This document shows positions 13,003 through 27,035 of a stretch of DNA of 64,000 nt, piece by piece. Each line of letters begins with the position of its first letter. The first letter of the stretch is position 1. The DNA is taken from assembly GCF_009914755.1 (NCBI RefSeq), contig NC_060932.1; one strand, 5' to 3'. Both the position numbers and the translations under genes were made by a program. Below the pieces are notes generated by a model that had not been told where the DNA came from, did not search any database, and was given only the letters and a program-made list of their open reading frames with translations. The stretch is from the human T2T-CHM13v2.0 reference genome, Homo sapiens.

Positions 13003-15655
13003 TGTCTTAGATTGGGTTCCGTTAAGAGTTTTCTTTGAGAGAGCTTTCAACAGATGATATTTCTAGATGCTGGGAGTCCAGCAGCCCTCCCAACAGATGT
13101 GAGCAGAGAACCACAATATCCACTGCAGTGCACATCTCCCATTCCACAGCCCCACTGGCTTTTAATGCTAAAGTGGGCCCATCCAGGTGCATTTTGGATT
13201 CTCACTGGCCCTGGATTCTCACTGGTCCTTCTGTAGAAAACAAGAGAAGGGTTAGTGAGATGATAAATAGCCCCTGCTGCTATGGCTGTTGTCAAGGCCA
13301 TAACTGACAAGCATCATCCCCTCCTCCACTCCTCATTCTTGATTGGCCCTGTCATTACCATAACATCTGCTGCTCTGGGAAGTTTGCCTCCTGGGCTAAC
13401 TCACACTGTCATCCCAAGAGCTGATCCTGTGGCTATGGATGCTGATTTATTCCCACTGACCATTAAAAGTGACAATGGCAGCATAAACATTTAGCAGAGT
13501 TATTGCATGCCAAATAAGTTCTTCTTCACCTTCCTCCTACCTCCTGATTGTGTTAAGGGACAATTATCCCTGCAGAAGGTGACTCCTTAAACTGTTTACT
13601 GATCTCTTGGTACAAAGTGTTTAGAAGCACCAGAAAGCACCGTGGCTTATGACCTCCACTTGCACAGTACAGAGTTGTCAGCACAAGATGCTCACATTCC
13701 GCATTTGAGCAGCTGGGAAAGGTGATAGCTGCAACCTGTCCTAAATCCACCTCTTCGTTCTCTGACCCATGTAGTCTACCTACCTGCCAGGGACACAGAA
13801 CTGTGTATTGGTCAGTGATTCCAGGTCTATTCCACCACACCTTGGGGGTGGTGTCCCCTTCTCATAGTATATCTCCTAGATGAAACACTAACTATATACG
13901 AAGAGGCCATTGAACTGTCTGTCCTCTTTTGCCCAAACTCTGAGGGTGATGCAGCGCCGAGGGCACCACTAGGTGTCTTGATGATGCTCCAGCACCTCTT
14001 TTGTTGTACAATGGTTCTGTAGGGATGAGGAGTTACAAAGACTCCTGCAAAAATTCTGCAAGTCCTAAAATGTTGAGGCCTGGTGAACAGGAAAGGCAAA
14101 CTCATACCAGAGTGTGTGTCTATTCATGTCTAAATAAATTAATGCCTCTTTGGGGTGAAAAGAGCCCAATATTATCAATCTGCCACCAAATAGTTGATTG
14201 ATTTAGCCACATTGGTGGCACCTTGAGCACTCATTTTTGGCTTCTATTGGTGACAGATTGAACATTCAGCTGTGGTAGAAGCTGGATCCTCCTGTGTGCA
14301 TGAGGAGTCAGGTTGGGCTCATGTGTGGCCCGCATTTGTTAATGCATTCTTTATGCCAATGACAGAGCCAGGCTGTTGTAAAATCTCTGAAGTATTAGGA
14401 GTGCTCATTGTTTGGGGCTTTTTCCTCGGACCCCTTTTTCCCTAATGTGATATTTTAGTAATCCTAGATCCCTGACTGGGTCAAATCTTTCACCTCTGTC
14501 CATGAATCACCCATATTCTTATCTCATTCCACTTGTATTTGCAGAAAATGGATACCCAGATGCACTGTCCAGAGTTCTGTGCAGTGGGGAGCATTTTCTC
14601 CTCACTTATGTTTTAAGAACAACTAACTGAGGGGCTGTTGAAGAGGAAACCTCAATATTTAGCTTGCATGCTGAGCCTGTCTATCTGTGAGCAAATCTTC
14701 GCCTTTTGTTCTATCTTAGGTCACCATAGGGATTGTCCCTTAGGTGGCATATTTGCTAGTTGTTGAGTGGTGCAGGTCCTAGGCTGGTGATGAGATGGAG
14801 ACCTGGGCTGCCAGCTTGGATAGCTTGCTGGTGCCCTGTGGCTTGGCTCATCCCTGATTCCAGGTGAATACATTACATACTACAACTTTTTACATTGCCC
14901 TGCTGTACCTTATAGCTTATTAGGCAGACAGAGTCCAAATATAATGTGTAGCCCTGGATACATGGGATACATGTAAGCATTTCTCTCTACAAGGGCCTCT
15001 GACTAAGAAATGGTAAGCAGATTTGCTGGAGATGGAATCACTTTTCTCCAGAGACCAAAGAGGTCTATATTGTGATTCTCCTATGAGGGCTTCACATAAA
15101 TTTCACACAGGTTCTTTCTTTGGAATAGACACTTCTAATGTCATAGAGTTTGGCAAATTAAGTTAAGCCCATGTCTACCTCCCCTCCAGTGATGGGGGTC
15201 TCTTTTGTCAGCCAGCTAGCAGGCAATCCATGTCCAATATTTCATTTTTGCCTTTGTATTGAGAACTACACCTAGCATGAGCTATGCTAGTTTGAATTTC
15301 ATAGAGTAGTATTCACGGCAGAGAAATAGGTTTGTGAGTTGGTACACTCAGGACACACCTGTATGTAAAGAGGAAGGGAGGATAGGCAAGAAGGATAAGC
15401 TGACCCACAGGTAATTGTACCTAAGGGCTAGTCATACTTAAGGGGAATTCTGAAGCTTTGATTGTCCTACAGAGTTATCCTAACAGCAACAACAGGGTCA
15501 GACATTTATATTTCTATATCACCTAGGACTTCAACTGTGACCAAGGAATTCATTATGATGGGTAAAAAGGCAAATCGGCAGCAGCAGGTACCCCGAGCAG
15601 CTGGGAGATGGGAGTGCTAACCCTGACCTGGAGGGAGCACCCCGTATTCACTACA
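13003..15655 (-). mobile_element. Degenerate ERVL-class provirus (LTR16/HERV16-like): 5' LTR ~15283-15655, pol remnants, collapsed 3' LTR 13003-13127
   Basis: Both ends carry LTR16-like termini (tgtcttagattgggttcc; cagctgggagatgggagtg...attcactaca; atatccactgca). Purine tract next to 13127. Interior resembles ERVL RT-connection/RNaseH/integrase DNA (gtgattctcctatgagggc, gaggggctgt, cagattgaacattcagctgtgg). No intact ORF. Confidence 0.7.
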
Positions 15656-16629
15656 CGGACTGCGATGCTAAAAAGTAGTTGGATAAGAAAAAATGAGAGC
15701 GATTGGGAAGAGAAGATAGATCAGTTTCAGAGGAGACTGGAAGAAAAAAATTTCAATCCAGAATATTGTACAAATATACTTTGGAAATGATAAGGTTTAA
15801 TTAATTTTGAATGAAAGAAAGTGATTTGAATATATGAAAGTAAAACTATATTTGGAAAAACAAAGAGAACCGTGGAAAGACATGCTTAGTTTTCTCTGCT
15901 AAGTGGAGGGGGCTATGCCACATATTGAGTGAGGCCGAGGGGATGAAGGCATTAATTAGTGTGAAAAAGAACACTGCTATTTAAAAGGCTTTGAAATAAT
16001 CAAATTAGTGAAAGCACATATCTCTTCAAAGGATTTAAGCATTCACAGTAAAAAATTATTTCTGCTTTTATTATTTCACACTATTTTGGCACTACTCAGC
16101 ACTCTGTTTGCTCTGACATTAGGGGCATTACATGACAAAAGCTTTATGCATTAACGAAGATGAACAAAAAGATTATAGGAGCAAATGGAACAAGAGGATG
16201 TGTTTTGCAGACGTGATATAACCTAGAACTAGCAGTCAGCATATGTACCATTAATGGCATTGAAAAATCATTATAGACATTCATAAGGATATGTTGTCTC
16301 AAAATGCTATGAATTTTATGACATGTTTAAGATGAAATAAAAAGAATTTTTAATGAATACAGAAAGATCCATCATAAAATATGAAGGAGGCAATATTCAT
16401 CTTCAGAAAGTTCTTACTTCTGCTTCCATATCCTCCCAGAAGCATCACCATTAGTACTTGTATTCAGGTGACTTCTGACATTCAAGTTTGCCATCAGCTT
16501 ACTGTTCTATTGGAAGAACGCTACTAAACTAGTTTGAAATAATAGAGGAAAAAACTTTGCAATCTACAAAGCGATTTTATGAGCATTATTATTTCACCCC
16601 TTTTTACACTCACCTTTAAAGTAGAATAG

Positions 16630-16790
16630 TCAGACATTATTACTTCTAATTTACAGTAAAATATGATCAGGCTCTAATAAATTAAGAATCTTGCCCAAAG
16701 TCATGTGGCTTATAAGTAGAATATAAAATTCAGATTACATTTTAGGGTTTGTGGCTCTGAGCTCAGTATTCATCTTTATTTCAGTACACT
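16630..16790 (-). mobile_element. MIR fragment
   Basis: attattacttctaatttacag...aatcttgcccaaagtcatgtggcttataagt. Confidence 0.65.
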
Positions 16791-18585
16791 GCCAACAACA
16801 AAATACATGATCATTCCTGGGATATATGCATTGTAATAGGGGAAAGCATCTTAATTTCCTGATGATGGAGTTCAGGCCAGTGCCTGGAGAAGAGGGCACA
16901 AAAGGAGATAAACAGGAGAGAGTGGTTTCTGGTCTTTAGAATCCCCTTGATCTCATTCGATGTAGGCAACTACTGATTATCCTAGAGTGCATGAACTTTA
17001 CCAGTATGAGAAAAAGGGAGACAAATTGGCATATTTTTTTGAGAGTTTTAGTATCATTATGCAAATTAGTAAATTCTACACATATTTTATACAGATCTCA
17101 TTACTATATCTTGATTTACTTTCTACCTGATTGAAAAGCTTTTGACGCCAAAAATTCTTGCTCCTGTGTTTCTTACTAGCACCTGGTTTCTAACCAAATC
17201 AAAGTGAATTAAATAAGCCATCCCACTCTACATGTACTTCTAACAGCTTACTCAACACTCTCCTGTCTGGGTCTACCTCAGAGCCAGCTATAAGGCATTT
17301 ACAATGGCACTCACAATTTGCATTACAGAGCAATGTAAACTACATGCTATCAAAAATGGTGATGTCTGCTCATCCTTTTCATCATTAATATTCTTAACAC
17401 AATTGCCATAGTGTTTATCAGAATCTTAGGAACAAAATATTGGTAAAAGAAATAAGACTGCCAATAAGTCCTTGAGTTTAGCCATTTTTCAGAACTTTAT
17501 AACTTTCATTGACAATAATTTTGACTTAGGTTATTCCAAATTGGCCTTAGTAAATTTCTTTGAGTTTTACAAGTTTACACAATTTGCCTACGTTCTTGTC
17601 TCTTTTCCTAGTTTACTGCATTATCTTTTAGCTGACAAGTCCTTCAGTTAAGTATATTCATTAACTTCTTTATATCCATCTTTGGGGTATCCTACTGATA
17701 GCCAAGGATTCATGCTTCACATTCAAAAATGTATCAAACCTCTTTCATATGACTCTAATACACATTCTTATAGCCAGAGGAACTTTATTATGAGTTTTTA
17801 AAGTCTGTTCACTCTTAAAAGTACATCTAGTTGAAATAGCAAATACCTGTTTAATAGTATAATTACTATATATAAAATATCATTTCAAATTTATAATTAT
17901 AATTTGAGAATTTCAAAACCTTGCATTTATAGCTAAGCCAAGCTAAAAATAAAGTATCTTGTCCAACACTACACAGTAGGTTAATGTCAAGGCGTGCTAC
18001 AAACAGTGAGGTACTTTGGCAGACATTTTTTTCTCTATTTGTTACAGGTGTCTTTGTTTGTTTTAACATAAAATAAATTTCACGTCCTTATGTTTCCCCT
18101 AACATTATATTACTTGCATTTTTCCGTATATCTACATAATACTCATCAGCATTATTTTAACACAAAATGTTTAGAATTTTCATTTTTTGATATTCATTAA
18201 TAATAAGGTGTTTAACATATTCCTTTACATTTTATATATTGTATTTCCATACAATTAATTTTTATAAATGGAATTTCTGGATCAAATAATATTAACATTT
18301 TAAGGGCTTAAAATATATATTTAAAATTGCTGTACTAAAATTTTACAACGTCATCAACAATGTTATGTAAATATTTTTTCCACATAACCTTACTAGCTTT
18401 AGTTAATATAATTTTCAGTGATCTTTACTAATATAATGATGAAAAAAACAGTCTCTGTAATATTAATGCAGTCTTCTTGATTTCTAATGAGGTTGAACAG
18501 GTTCTCCTATGGTTGTTAACAAAAATAATTGTTTTTCCTTTTTTAAAAAATAACATCTTTCTGCAATATTTTTTGTATTTTGTGC

Positions 18586-19435
18586 ATTTTTTTCAACTTT
18601 TATTTTAGATACAGGAGGCAAATGTGCAGGTTTGTTACATGGGAATTTTCATGATGCTGAGATTCAAGGTATGGATCCTGCCACTCAGACTGTGAGCATA
18701 GTACCTGATAGACAGTTTTTCAACAGACAACCCCCTCCCTACCCCTCTAGTGTTCTTCAGTGTTTATTGTTCTCATATTTATGTTATTTTATGCTCAATG
18801 TTTAGCTCTCCTTACAAATGAGAACATGTGGAATTTGGTTTTCTGTTTTGCATTTAATTTGCTTAGGATTATGGCCTCCATCTCTATCCATGCTGTTGCA
18901 AAGGGAAAGATTTTATTCTTTTTTATGACCATGTAGTATTCCATGATGTATAGGTACCACATTTTTTTTTCCAATCTACCATTGATAGGGACTTGGGTTG
19001 ATTCCATGTCTTTGCAATTGTGAATAGTGCAGCAATGAACACATGAATGAATGTATCTTTTTGATAGAATGATTTATAGTCCTTTGGATATATACCCAGT
19101 AATGGGATATCTGGGCTAAATGGTATCTCTGTTTTAACTTCTTTGATTAATCATGAGACTGCTTTCCACAGTGGTGGTGCAAATTTACATTCCCACCAAC
19201 AGTGTATAACACTCTCTTTTCTCTTCAGCCTTACCAGGATATGTTGTTTTTGACATTTTAATAATAGCCATTTTGACAAGTGTGAAATGGTATCTCATTG
19301 TGGTTTTGATTTGCATTTCTCTGATGATTAGTGATGCTGAGCATTTTTTCATGTGTTTGTTGGCTGCTTGTATGTCTTCTTTTAAGAAATGTGTGTTCGT
19401 GTCCTTCGTCTATTTTTTAATGGAGTTTTTTCTTT
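18586..19435 (-). mobile_element. L1PA15-17-like 3' end
   Basis: tcaacttttattttagatacaggagg...atgtgcaggtttgttacatggg; ORF2 C-terminal residues (MWYLYIMEYY...WIEMEAIILSKL). Confidence 0.9.
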
Positions 19436-19908
19436 TCTTTATCAGGTGCTTAGAGTTTTTCTTACATTTTATCGTATTTTATACTATATAGCATTATGAC
19501 TATTATTTTTCTTTTAATATTGGTTAATATGCATTAATTTTACTAAATGAATTTGTAATTTCTTATTACTGTCATGTCTAGGACTTCATATATTTCCAAA
19601 ATTACTAAAAATTCACTTATATAATTCTATGTAATTTTTCTATAACTTAGATTGCTTAAATTACTTTACTTTTTGAAATATGAGAGATTTGCTTTAAAGG
19701 AAGTTATGTGATGAAAAACTTAACTTTAAAATATTTTTTCCAAAGACTTAATTGCCCCAAATAGTTTTATTGTGAAAGGGATACTATATAAAATATATAT
19801 AAAGGAAACATTGAAGATGAATTGAAATGACTGGATATTGCTTTTCAATAACTTGCATAGTTTAATGTAGTAAGAAACAAACTATAGACATTTATTTATA
19901 CAGAGACT

Positions 19909-19947
19909 ATTGTTTCTCGGCCTTTTGGCTAAGATCAAGTGTAGTAT
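19909..19947 (+). pseudogene. RNU2: 3'-truncated (tailless) U2 snRNA retropseudogene, U2 nt 1-39
   Basis: attgtttctcggccttttggctaagatcaagtgtagtat versus U2 ATCGCTTCTCGGCCTTTTGGCTAAGATCAAGTGTAGTAT (2 C>T changes); 16-nt TSD tatttata(c/t)agagact at 19893-19908 and 19945-19960. Confidence 0.95.
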
Positions 19948-20265
19948 TTATATAGAGACTGACATCTTCAGGATAGTGACAGTATCTTTTTCATTCTAAT
20001 TATCTAGCAAAATACTCAGTATATACTAGCCACTTCATAAATATCTGTTGAATAAATAAATTTTTTAAATGAAATTCTATATTAATTTATTCTGCCTCAA
20101 TATCATTACATATTACTTGAAAATTCTCCCATCATTATTGACATATCTATGATTTTAATGTTTCACTATGTATTTTTAAAATATAAAAATTTTAATTAGT
20201 ATTTGCTTTGAATGGATTTTGAACTATGTTGTTTCCAGAATCTTTTCTTTCTAAATGGTGGCACT

Positions 20266-20590
20266 TTCTCTCTCTCTTTCACTCTCTCATCTCTTTCTCT
20301 GTCTCTCTCTCTCTGGAGATATATATAGATATGTATATATGGACATATATATATCTCTCTATATATGGACATTATATATCTATATATATGGACATATATA
20401 TAGATATCTATATATATGGACATATATATAGATATCTATATATATGGACATATATATATATCTATATATATGGACATATATATATCTATATATATGGACA
20501 TATATATATCTATATATATGTCCATATACATATATAGATATATATGGACATATATATCTATCCATATATATGTCCATATATATATATCTC
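20266..20590. repeat. (CT)n followed by a TA-rich minisatellite (~24-26 bp unit tatatatggacatatatatagatatc), with inverted units
   Basis: Directly visible; ggaca units switch to tgtcc at ~20520 and ~20571. Confidence 0.95.
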
Positions 20591-20739
20591 AACCATACAA
20601 CTTGTAATGTTAAACAATTTTACAATTCAGTGGCTTTAATTAATTTACACCACTGTATAATCATTACTACTATCTGTTCATCATCCGAAACAGAAACTCT
20701 GTAACTATTAAGCAATAATTACTCATTCTTCCTGCCCGA

Positions 20740-20898
20740 CATATTGGATTTAAAAAATGATCTAACTGTATGCTGTACACAAGAGGCTAACATTGGATCT
20801 AAAGACACAGGTGGTTTAAAAGAGAATTGTTGAGAAAATATATTCCATGCAAATGATAGCCAAAGAAAAGCTAATTTTCTAAACTAATATTAGACAAA
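20740..20898 (+). mobile_element. Old L1M ORF2 endonuclease fragment
   Basis: tgatctaactgtatgctgtacacaagag...aaaatatattccatgcaaat...atattagacaaaa. Confidence 0.75.
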
Positions 20899-23800
20899 AA
20901 CTCCTCCAGTCTAAAGGAGCATGTTCTAAACCAATGAAAGGAAGCTAAGAAACTTGAAAACAGGTTAGAGGAATTGCAAACTATAATAGCCAGTTTAGGG
21001 AAGAACACAAATGACCTGATGGAGCTGAGAAACATAGCACAAGAACTTCGTGAAGCATACACAAGTATCAATAGTCAAATCGATCAATCAGAAGAAAGGG
21101 TATCAGAGATTGAAGATCAACTTAATGAAATAAAGTGTGAAGACAAGATTAGAGAAAAAAGAATGAAAAGGAATGATCGAAGCCTCCAAGAAATATGGAA
21201 CTGTGTGAAAAGACCAAACCTATGATTGATTGGTGTACCAGAAAGTGATGGAGAGAATGGAATCAAGTTGGAAACACTCTTTAGGATAATATCCAGGAGA
21301 ACTTCCCCAACCTAGCAAGATAGGCCAACATTCAAATTCAGGAAATACAGAGAACACCACAAAGATACTCCTCAAGAAGAGCACCACAAGACACATAATC
21401 ATCAGATTAACCAAGGTTGAAATGAAGGAAAAAATGTTAAGGGCAGCCAGAGAGAAAGGTCGGGTTACCCACAAAGGGAAACCCATCAGACTAACAGTGG
21501 ATCTCTCTGCAGAAACCCTACAAGCCAGAAGAGATTGGGGGCCAATATTTAACATTCTTAAAGAAAAGGATTTTCAACCCAGAATTTCATATCCAGCCAA
21601 ACTAAGCTTCATACCCAAAGGAGAAATAAAATCCTTTACAAACAAGCAAATGCTGAGAGATTTTGTCACCACCAGGCCTGCCTTACCAGAGCTCCTGAAG
21701 GAAGTACTAAATATGGAAAGGAAAAAACAGTACCAGCCACTGCAAGAACATACCAAATTGTAAAGGCCATCGAGACTATGAAGAAACTGCATCAACTAAT
21801 GGGCAAAATAACCAGCTAGCATCATAATGACAGGATCAAATTCACACCTAACAATATAAACCTTAATTGCAAATGGGCTAAATGCCCCAATTAAAAGATC
21901 AAAAAACACAAAGAAGGGCATTACATAACGGTAAAGGGATCAATGCAACAAGAAGAGCTAACTATCCTAAATATATGCACCCAATACAGGAGCACTCAGA
22001 TTCATAAAGCAAGTTCTTAGAGATGTACAAAGAAACTTAGACTCCCACACAGTAAGAGTGGAATATTTTCACACTCCACTGTCAATATAAGACCGATCAA
22101 CAAGAGAGAAAATTAACAAGGATATTCAGAACTTGGATCAGCTCTGGACCAAGTGGACCTAATAGACATCAACAGAACTCTCCACCCCAAATCAACAGAA
22201 GATACATTCTTTTCAGCACCACATCGCACTTATTCTAAAATTGACCACAAGATTGGAAGAAAAAACGCTCCCCAGCAAATGCAAAAGAATGGAAATCATA
22301 ACAGTCTCTCAGACCACAGTGCAATCAAATTCGAACTCAGGACTAAGAAACTCAGTCAAAACTGTACAACTACATGGAAACTGAACAACCTGCTCCTGAA
22401 TGACTACTGGGTAAATAAATGAAATAAATAAGTTATTTGAATCCACTGAGAATAAAGACACAACGTACCAGAATCTCTGGGAGGCAGCTAAAGCAGTGTT
22501 TAGAGGGAAATTTATAGCACTAAATTCCCACTGGAGAAAGTGGGAAAGATCTAAAATCAATACCCTATCAGCACAATTAAAAGAACTAGAGAAGTAAAAG
22601 CAAACAAATTCAAAAGCTAGCAGAACACAAGAAAAAACTCAAATCAGAGCAGAAATGAAGGAAATAGAGACATGAAAAACCCTTCAAAAAATCAATGAAT
22701 CCAGGAGCTGGTTTTTTGAAAAGAGTAACAAAATAGACCACTAGCCGGACTAATAAAGAAGAAAAGAGAAAAGAGTGAAATAGAAACAATAAAAAACAAT
22801 AAAGGGCATATTACCACTGATCCCACAGAAATACAAACTACCACCAGAGAATACTATAAACAGCTCTATTCAAATAAACCAGAAAATGTAGAATAAATGG
22901 ATAAATTCCTGGACACATACACCCTCCTGAGACTAAACCAGGAAGAAGTCAAATCCCTGAATAGACCAATAACAAGTTCTGAAATTGAGGTAATAATTAA
23001 TAACCTACCAACCAAAAAAAGCACAGGACTAGATGGATTCACAGCAGAATTCAACCAGAGTTACAAAGAGGATCTGGTACCACTCCTTCTGAAAGTATTC
23101 CAAAAAATAGCAAGAGAGGGACTCCTCCCTAACTCATTTTATGAGGCCAGCATCATCCTGATAGCAAAACCTAGTAGAGACACAACAAAAAAAGAAAATT
23201 TCAGGCCAATATTTCTGATGAATATCAGTGAGAAAATCCTCAATAAAATATGGGCAAACGAAATCCAGCAGCACATCAAAAAGCTTGTCCACCATGATCA
23301 CGTCGGCTTCATCCCTGGGACATAAGGCTGTTTCAACGTATGCAAATCAATAAACGTAATCCATCATATAAACAGAACCAATTACAAAAATCACATGATT
23401 ATCTCAGTAGATGCAGAAAAGGCCTTCGATAAAATTCAACACCCTTCATGCTAAAACCCCTCAATAAAATAAGTATTGATGGAAAGTATCTCAAAATAAT
23501 AAGAGCTATTTATGACAAACCCCCAGCCAATATCATACTGAATGGGCAAAAGTGGGAAGCATTCCCTTTGAAAACCAGCACAAGACTAGGATGCCATCTC
23601 TCACCACTCCAATTCAAGATAGTATTGGAAGTTCTGGCCAGGGCAATCAGGCAAGAGAAAGAAAGAAAGGATATTCACATAAGAAAAGAGGAAGTCAAAT
23701 TGTCTCTCTTTGCAAATGACATGATTATATGTTTAGAAAACCCCATCGTCTCAGACCAATATCTCCTTAAGCTGAGAAGCAACTTCAGCAAAGCCTCAAG

Positions 23801-25278
23801 ATACAAAATCAATGTACAAATATCACAAGCTTTCCTATACACCAATAACAGACAAACAGAGAGCCAAATCATGAGTGAAATTTTATTCACAATTGCTACA
23901 AACAGAATAAAATACCTAGGGATACAACTTACTAAGAATGTGAAGGACCTCTTCAAAGAGAACTAGAAACCACTGCTTGAAGAAGTAAGAGAGGACACAA
24001 ACAAATGGAAAAACATCCATGCTCATGAATAGGAAGAATCAATATTGTGAAAATGGTCATACTGCCCAAAGTAATTTATAGATTCAATGCTATCCTCATC
24101 CAGCTACCATTGACTTTCTTCACAGAATTAGAAAAAACTACTTCAAATTTCATATGAAACTGAAAAAGAGCCCACACAGCCAGGACAATCCTAAACAAAA
24201 AGAACAAAGCTGGAGGCATCATGATACCTGACTTCAAACTATACTACAAAGGTACAGTAACCAAAACAGCATGGTACTTGTACCAAAACAGAGATATAGA
24301 CCAATGGAACAGAATAGAGGCCTCAGAAATAACACCACACATCTATGACCATCTGATCTTCCACAAACCTGACAAAAAAAAAAAGCAATGGGGAAAGGAT
24401 TCCCTATTTAATAAATGGTGCTAGGAAAACTGGCTAGCCATACGCAGAAAACTGAAACTGGACCCCCTTTTTACACCTTATACAAAAATTAACTCAAGAT
24501 GGATTAAAGACTTAAACATAAGACGTAAAACCATAAAAACCCTAGAAGAAAACCTAGGCAATACCATTCAGGACATAGGCATGAGCAAAGACTTCATGAC
24601 TAAGACACAAAAAGCAATGGCAACAAAAGCCAAAATTGACAAATGGGATCTTGTTAAACTAAAGAGCTTCTGCACAGCGAAAGAGACTATCATCAGGATG
24701 AACAGGCCATCTACACAATGGGAGAAAAGTTTTACAATCTATCAATCTCAAAAAGGGCTAATATCCAGAATCTACAAGGAACTTAAACAAATTTACAAGA
24801 AAAAAACAAACAACCCCATCAAAAAGTGGGCCAAGTATATGAACAGACACTCTCAAAAAAAGACATTTATATAGCCAACAAGCATATGAAAAAAAGCTCA
24901 TCATCACTGGTCTTTAGAAAAATGCAGATCAAAACCACAATGAGACACCATCTCACACCAATTAGAATGGTGATCATTAAAAAGTCTGGAAATAATAGAT
25001 GCTGAAGAGGATGTGGAGAAATAGGAACACTTTTACACTGTTGGTGGGAGTGTAAATTAGTTCAGCCATTGTGGAAGACACTATGGCAATTCCTCAAAGA
25101 TCTAGAACCAGAAATACCATTTGACCCAGCAATCCATTACTGGGTATATACTGGATGTGGGGCTGGGGGAGGGATAGCATTACGAGAAAACAACATAGAT
25201 AATGGATTGTTGGGTGCAGCAAACCACCATGGCATGTGTATCCCAGAACTTAAAGTATAATAAAAAAATAAAATAAAT
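20899..25278 (+). mobile_element. L1PA7/8-like, 5'-truncated within ORF1, with internal deletions
   Basis: ORF1 (MKEKMLRAAREKGRVTHKGKPIRLT), ORF2 EN/RT pieces with stops and frameshifts (FANDM for FADDM), 3' UTR and A tail. Deletions near 21898, 25150 and 25240. Confidence 0.95.
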
Positions 25279-27035
25279 ACAACGTGGGGGCATCACTCCA
25301 TTTGATTTTAAACAGGGCTATAGTAACCAAAACAGCATGGCACTAGTTCAAAACCAGACACATATACCAGTGGAACAGAATGGGGAACCCAGAAATAAGA
25401 CCATACACCTACAACTATTTCATCTTTGACAAACCTGACAAAAACAATCAGTGGGGTAAGGATTCCCTATTCAATTAATGATGCTGAGATAACTGGCTGG
25501 CCAGTTGCAGAAGAAATTGGACCCCTTTTTTTGCACCATATACCAAAATTAACACAAGATATATTAAAGACTTAAATATAAAACCCAAACTATAAAAACT
25601 CTGGAATACAGCCTAGGCAATACCATTCTAGACATAGGACTGGGCAAAGATTTCATGATGAAGATGCCAAAAGCAATTACAACAAAAGCAAAGATTGGAA
25701 AATGGGATCTAATTAAACTAAAAAGCTCTGCGCAGCAAAAGAAACTATCAACAGAGTGAACAGACAACCAACAGAATGGGAGAAAATTTTTGCAAACTGT
25801 GCATCTGACAAAGGTCTAATATCCAGCATCTACAAGGAACTTAAACAAATTTACAAGAAAAAAAAAACAGCCTTATTAAAAAGTGGGCAAAGGATATGAA
25901 CCACACTTTTCAAAAGAAGACATACATGTGGCCAAAAAACATATGAAAAAAAAAAACCTCAACATCACTGATTATTAGAGAAATGCAAATCAAAACCACA
26001 GTGAGATACCATCTCACACCTGCCAGAATGGCTACCATTAGAAACAAAACAAAACAAAACAAAACAAAAACAATGCTGACAAGGTTGTAGAGAAAAAGGA
26101 AAGCTTTTACCTGGTTGGTGGGAGTATAAATTAGTTTAACCATTGTGGAAGACAGTATGGTAATTCCTCAAAGACCTAAAAATAGAAATATTATTTAACC
26201 CATCAATCCCATTACTGAGTATATACTCAAAGGAATATAGATGTTCTATCATAAAGAGAGATGCACAAGTATGTTCACTGCAGCACTGTTCACAATAACA
26301 AAGACATGGAGTCAATCTAAATGCCCATCAGTGGTAAACTAGATAAAGAAATAGTGGTGTATATACACCATGGAATACTAAGCAGCCATAAAAAAGAATG
26401 AGATCATTTACATTGCAGGCACATGGATGGAGCTGGAAGCCATTATCTTTAGCAAACCAATACAAGAACAGAAAACCAAACACCACATGTTCTCACTTAT
26501 AAAAAGGAGCTAAATGATGAGAACACATGGTCACATAGAGAAGAACAACATACACTGAGGCCTATCAGAGGACGGAGGTTTGGAGAAGGGAGAAGAGCAG
26601 GAAAAATAACTACTGGGTACTAGGCTTAATACCTGGGTGACAAAATAATCTGTACAAAACTCCTCCATGATGTAAGTTTACCCACATAACAAACCTTCAC
26701 AAGAACTTTTCTTTTTTTTCTGAGGCAGAGTCTTGCTCTGTCACCTAAGCTGGAGTACAGTGGTGCAATCTCAGTTCATCGCAACACTCACCTCCTGGGT
26801 TCAAGCAATTCTTCTTCCTCAGCCTCCTGAGGCTGGCATTACAGGTGTGTGCCACCAGTCCTGGCTAGTTTTTGTATTTTTAGTAGAGATGGGGTTTCGC
26901 CATGTTGGCCAGGCTGGTCTTAAATTCCTGACCTCAGGTGATCTTCCCGCATCCACTTCCCAAGTGTTGGGATTACAGGCACGAGCCACTGCACCTGACC
27001 AAGTACCCCTGAACTTAAAATAAAAGTTAAATGTA
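25279..27035 (+). mobile_element. L1PA13-16-like 3' part, with an Alu inserted in its 3' UTR
   Basis: ORF2 3' region; 3' UTR ends ...tacccctgaacttaaaataaaagttaaa after the Alu. Confidence 0.9.
26707..27000 (-). mobile_element. AluS
   Basis: T tail, full dimer, acctcaggtgatc diagnostic; short TSD aagaac/aagtac. Confidence 0.95.

Noticed and set aside
13035-14201. Cluster of overlapping ORFs in GC-richer DNA
   Set aside because: Explained by a decayed ERVL interior; no splice-bounded exon or recognisable intact domain.
19909-19947. Functional U2 snRNA gene
   Set aside because: Only 39 nt; no Sm site or 3' stems, no recognisable snRNA promoter, and flanked by a TSD.
20974-25260. L1 ORF1/ORF2 ORFs as functional genes
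   Set aside because: Broken by stops, frameshifts and deletions; the RT motif is mutated (FANDM).
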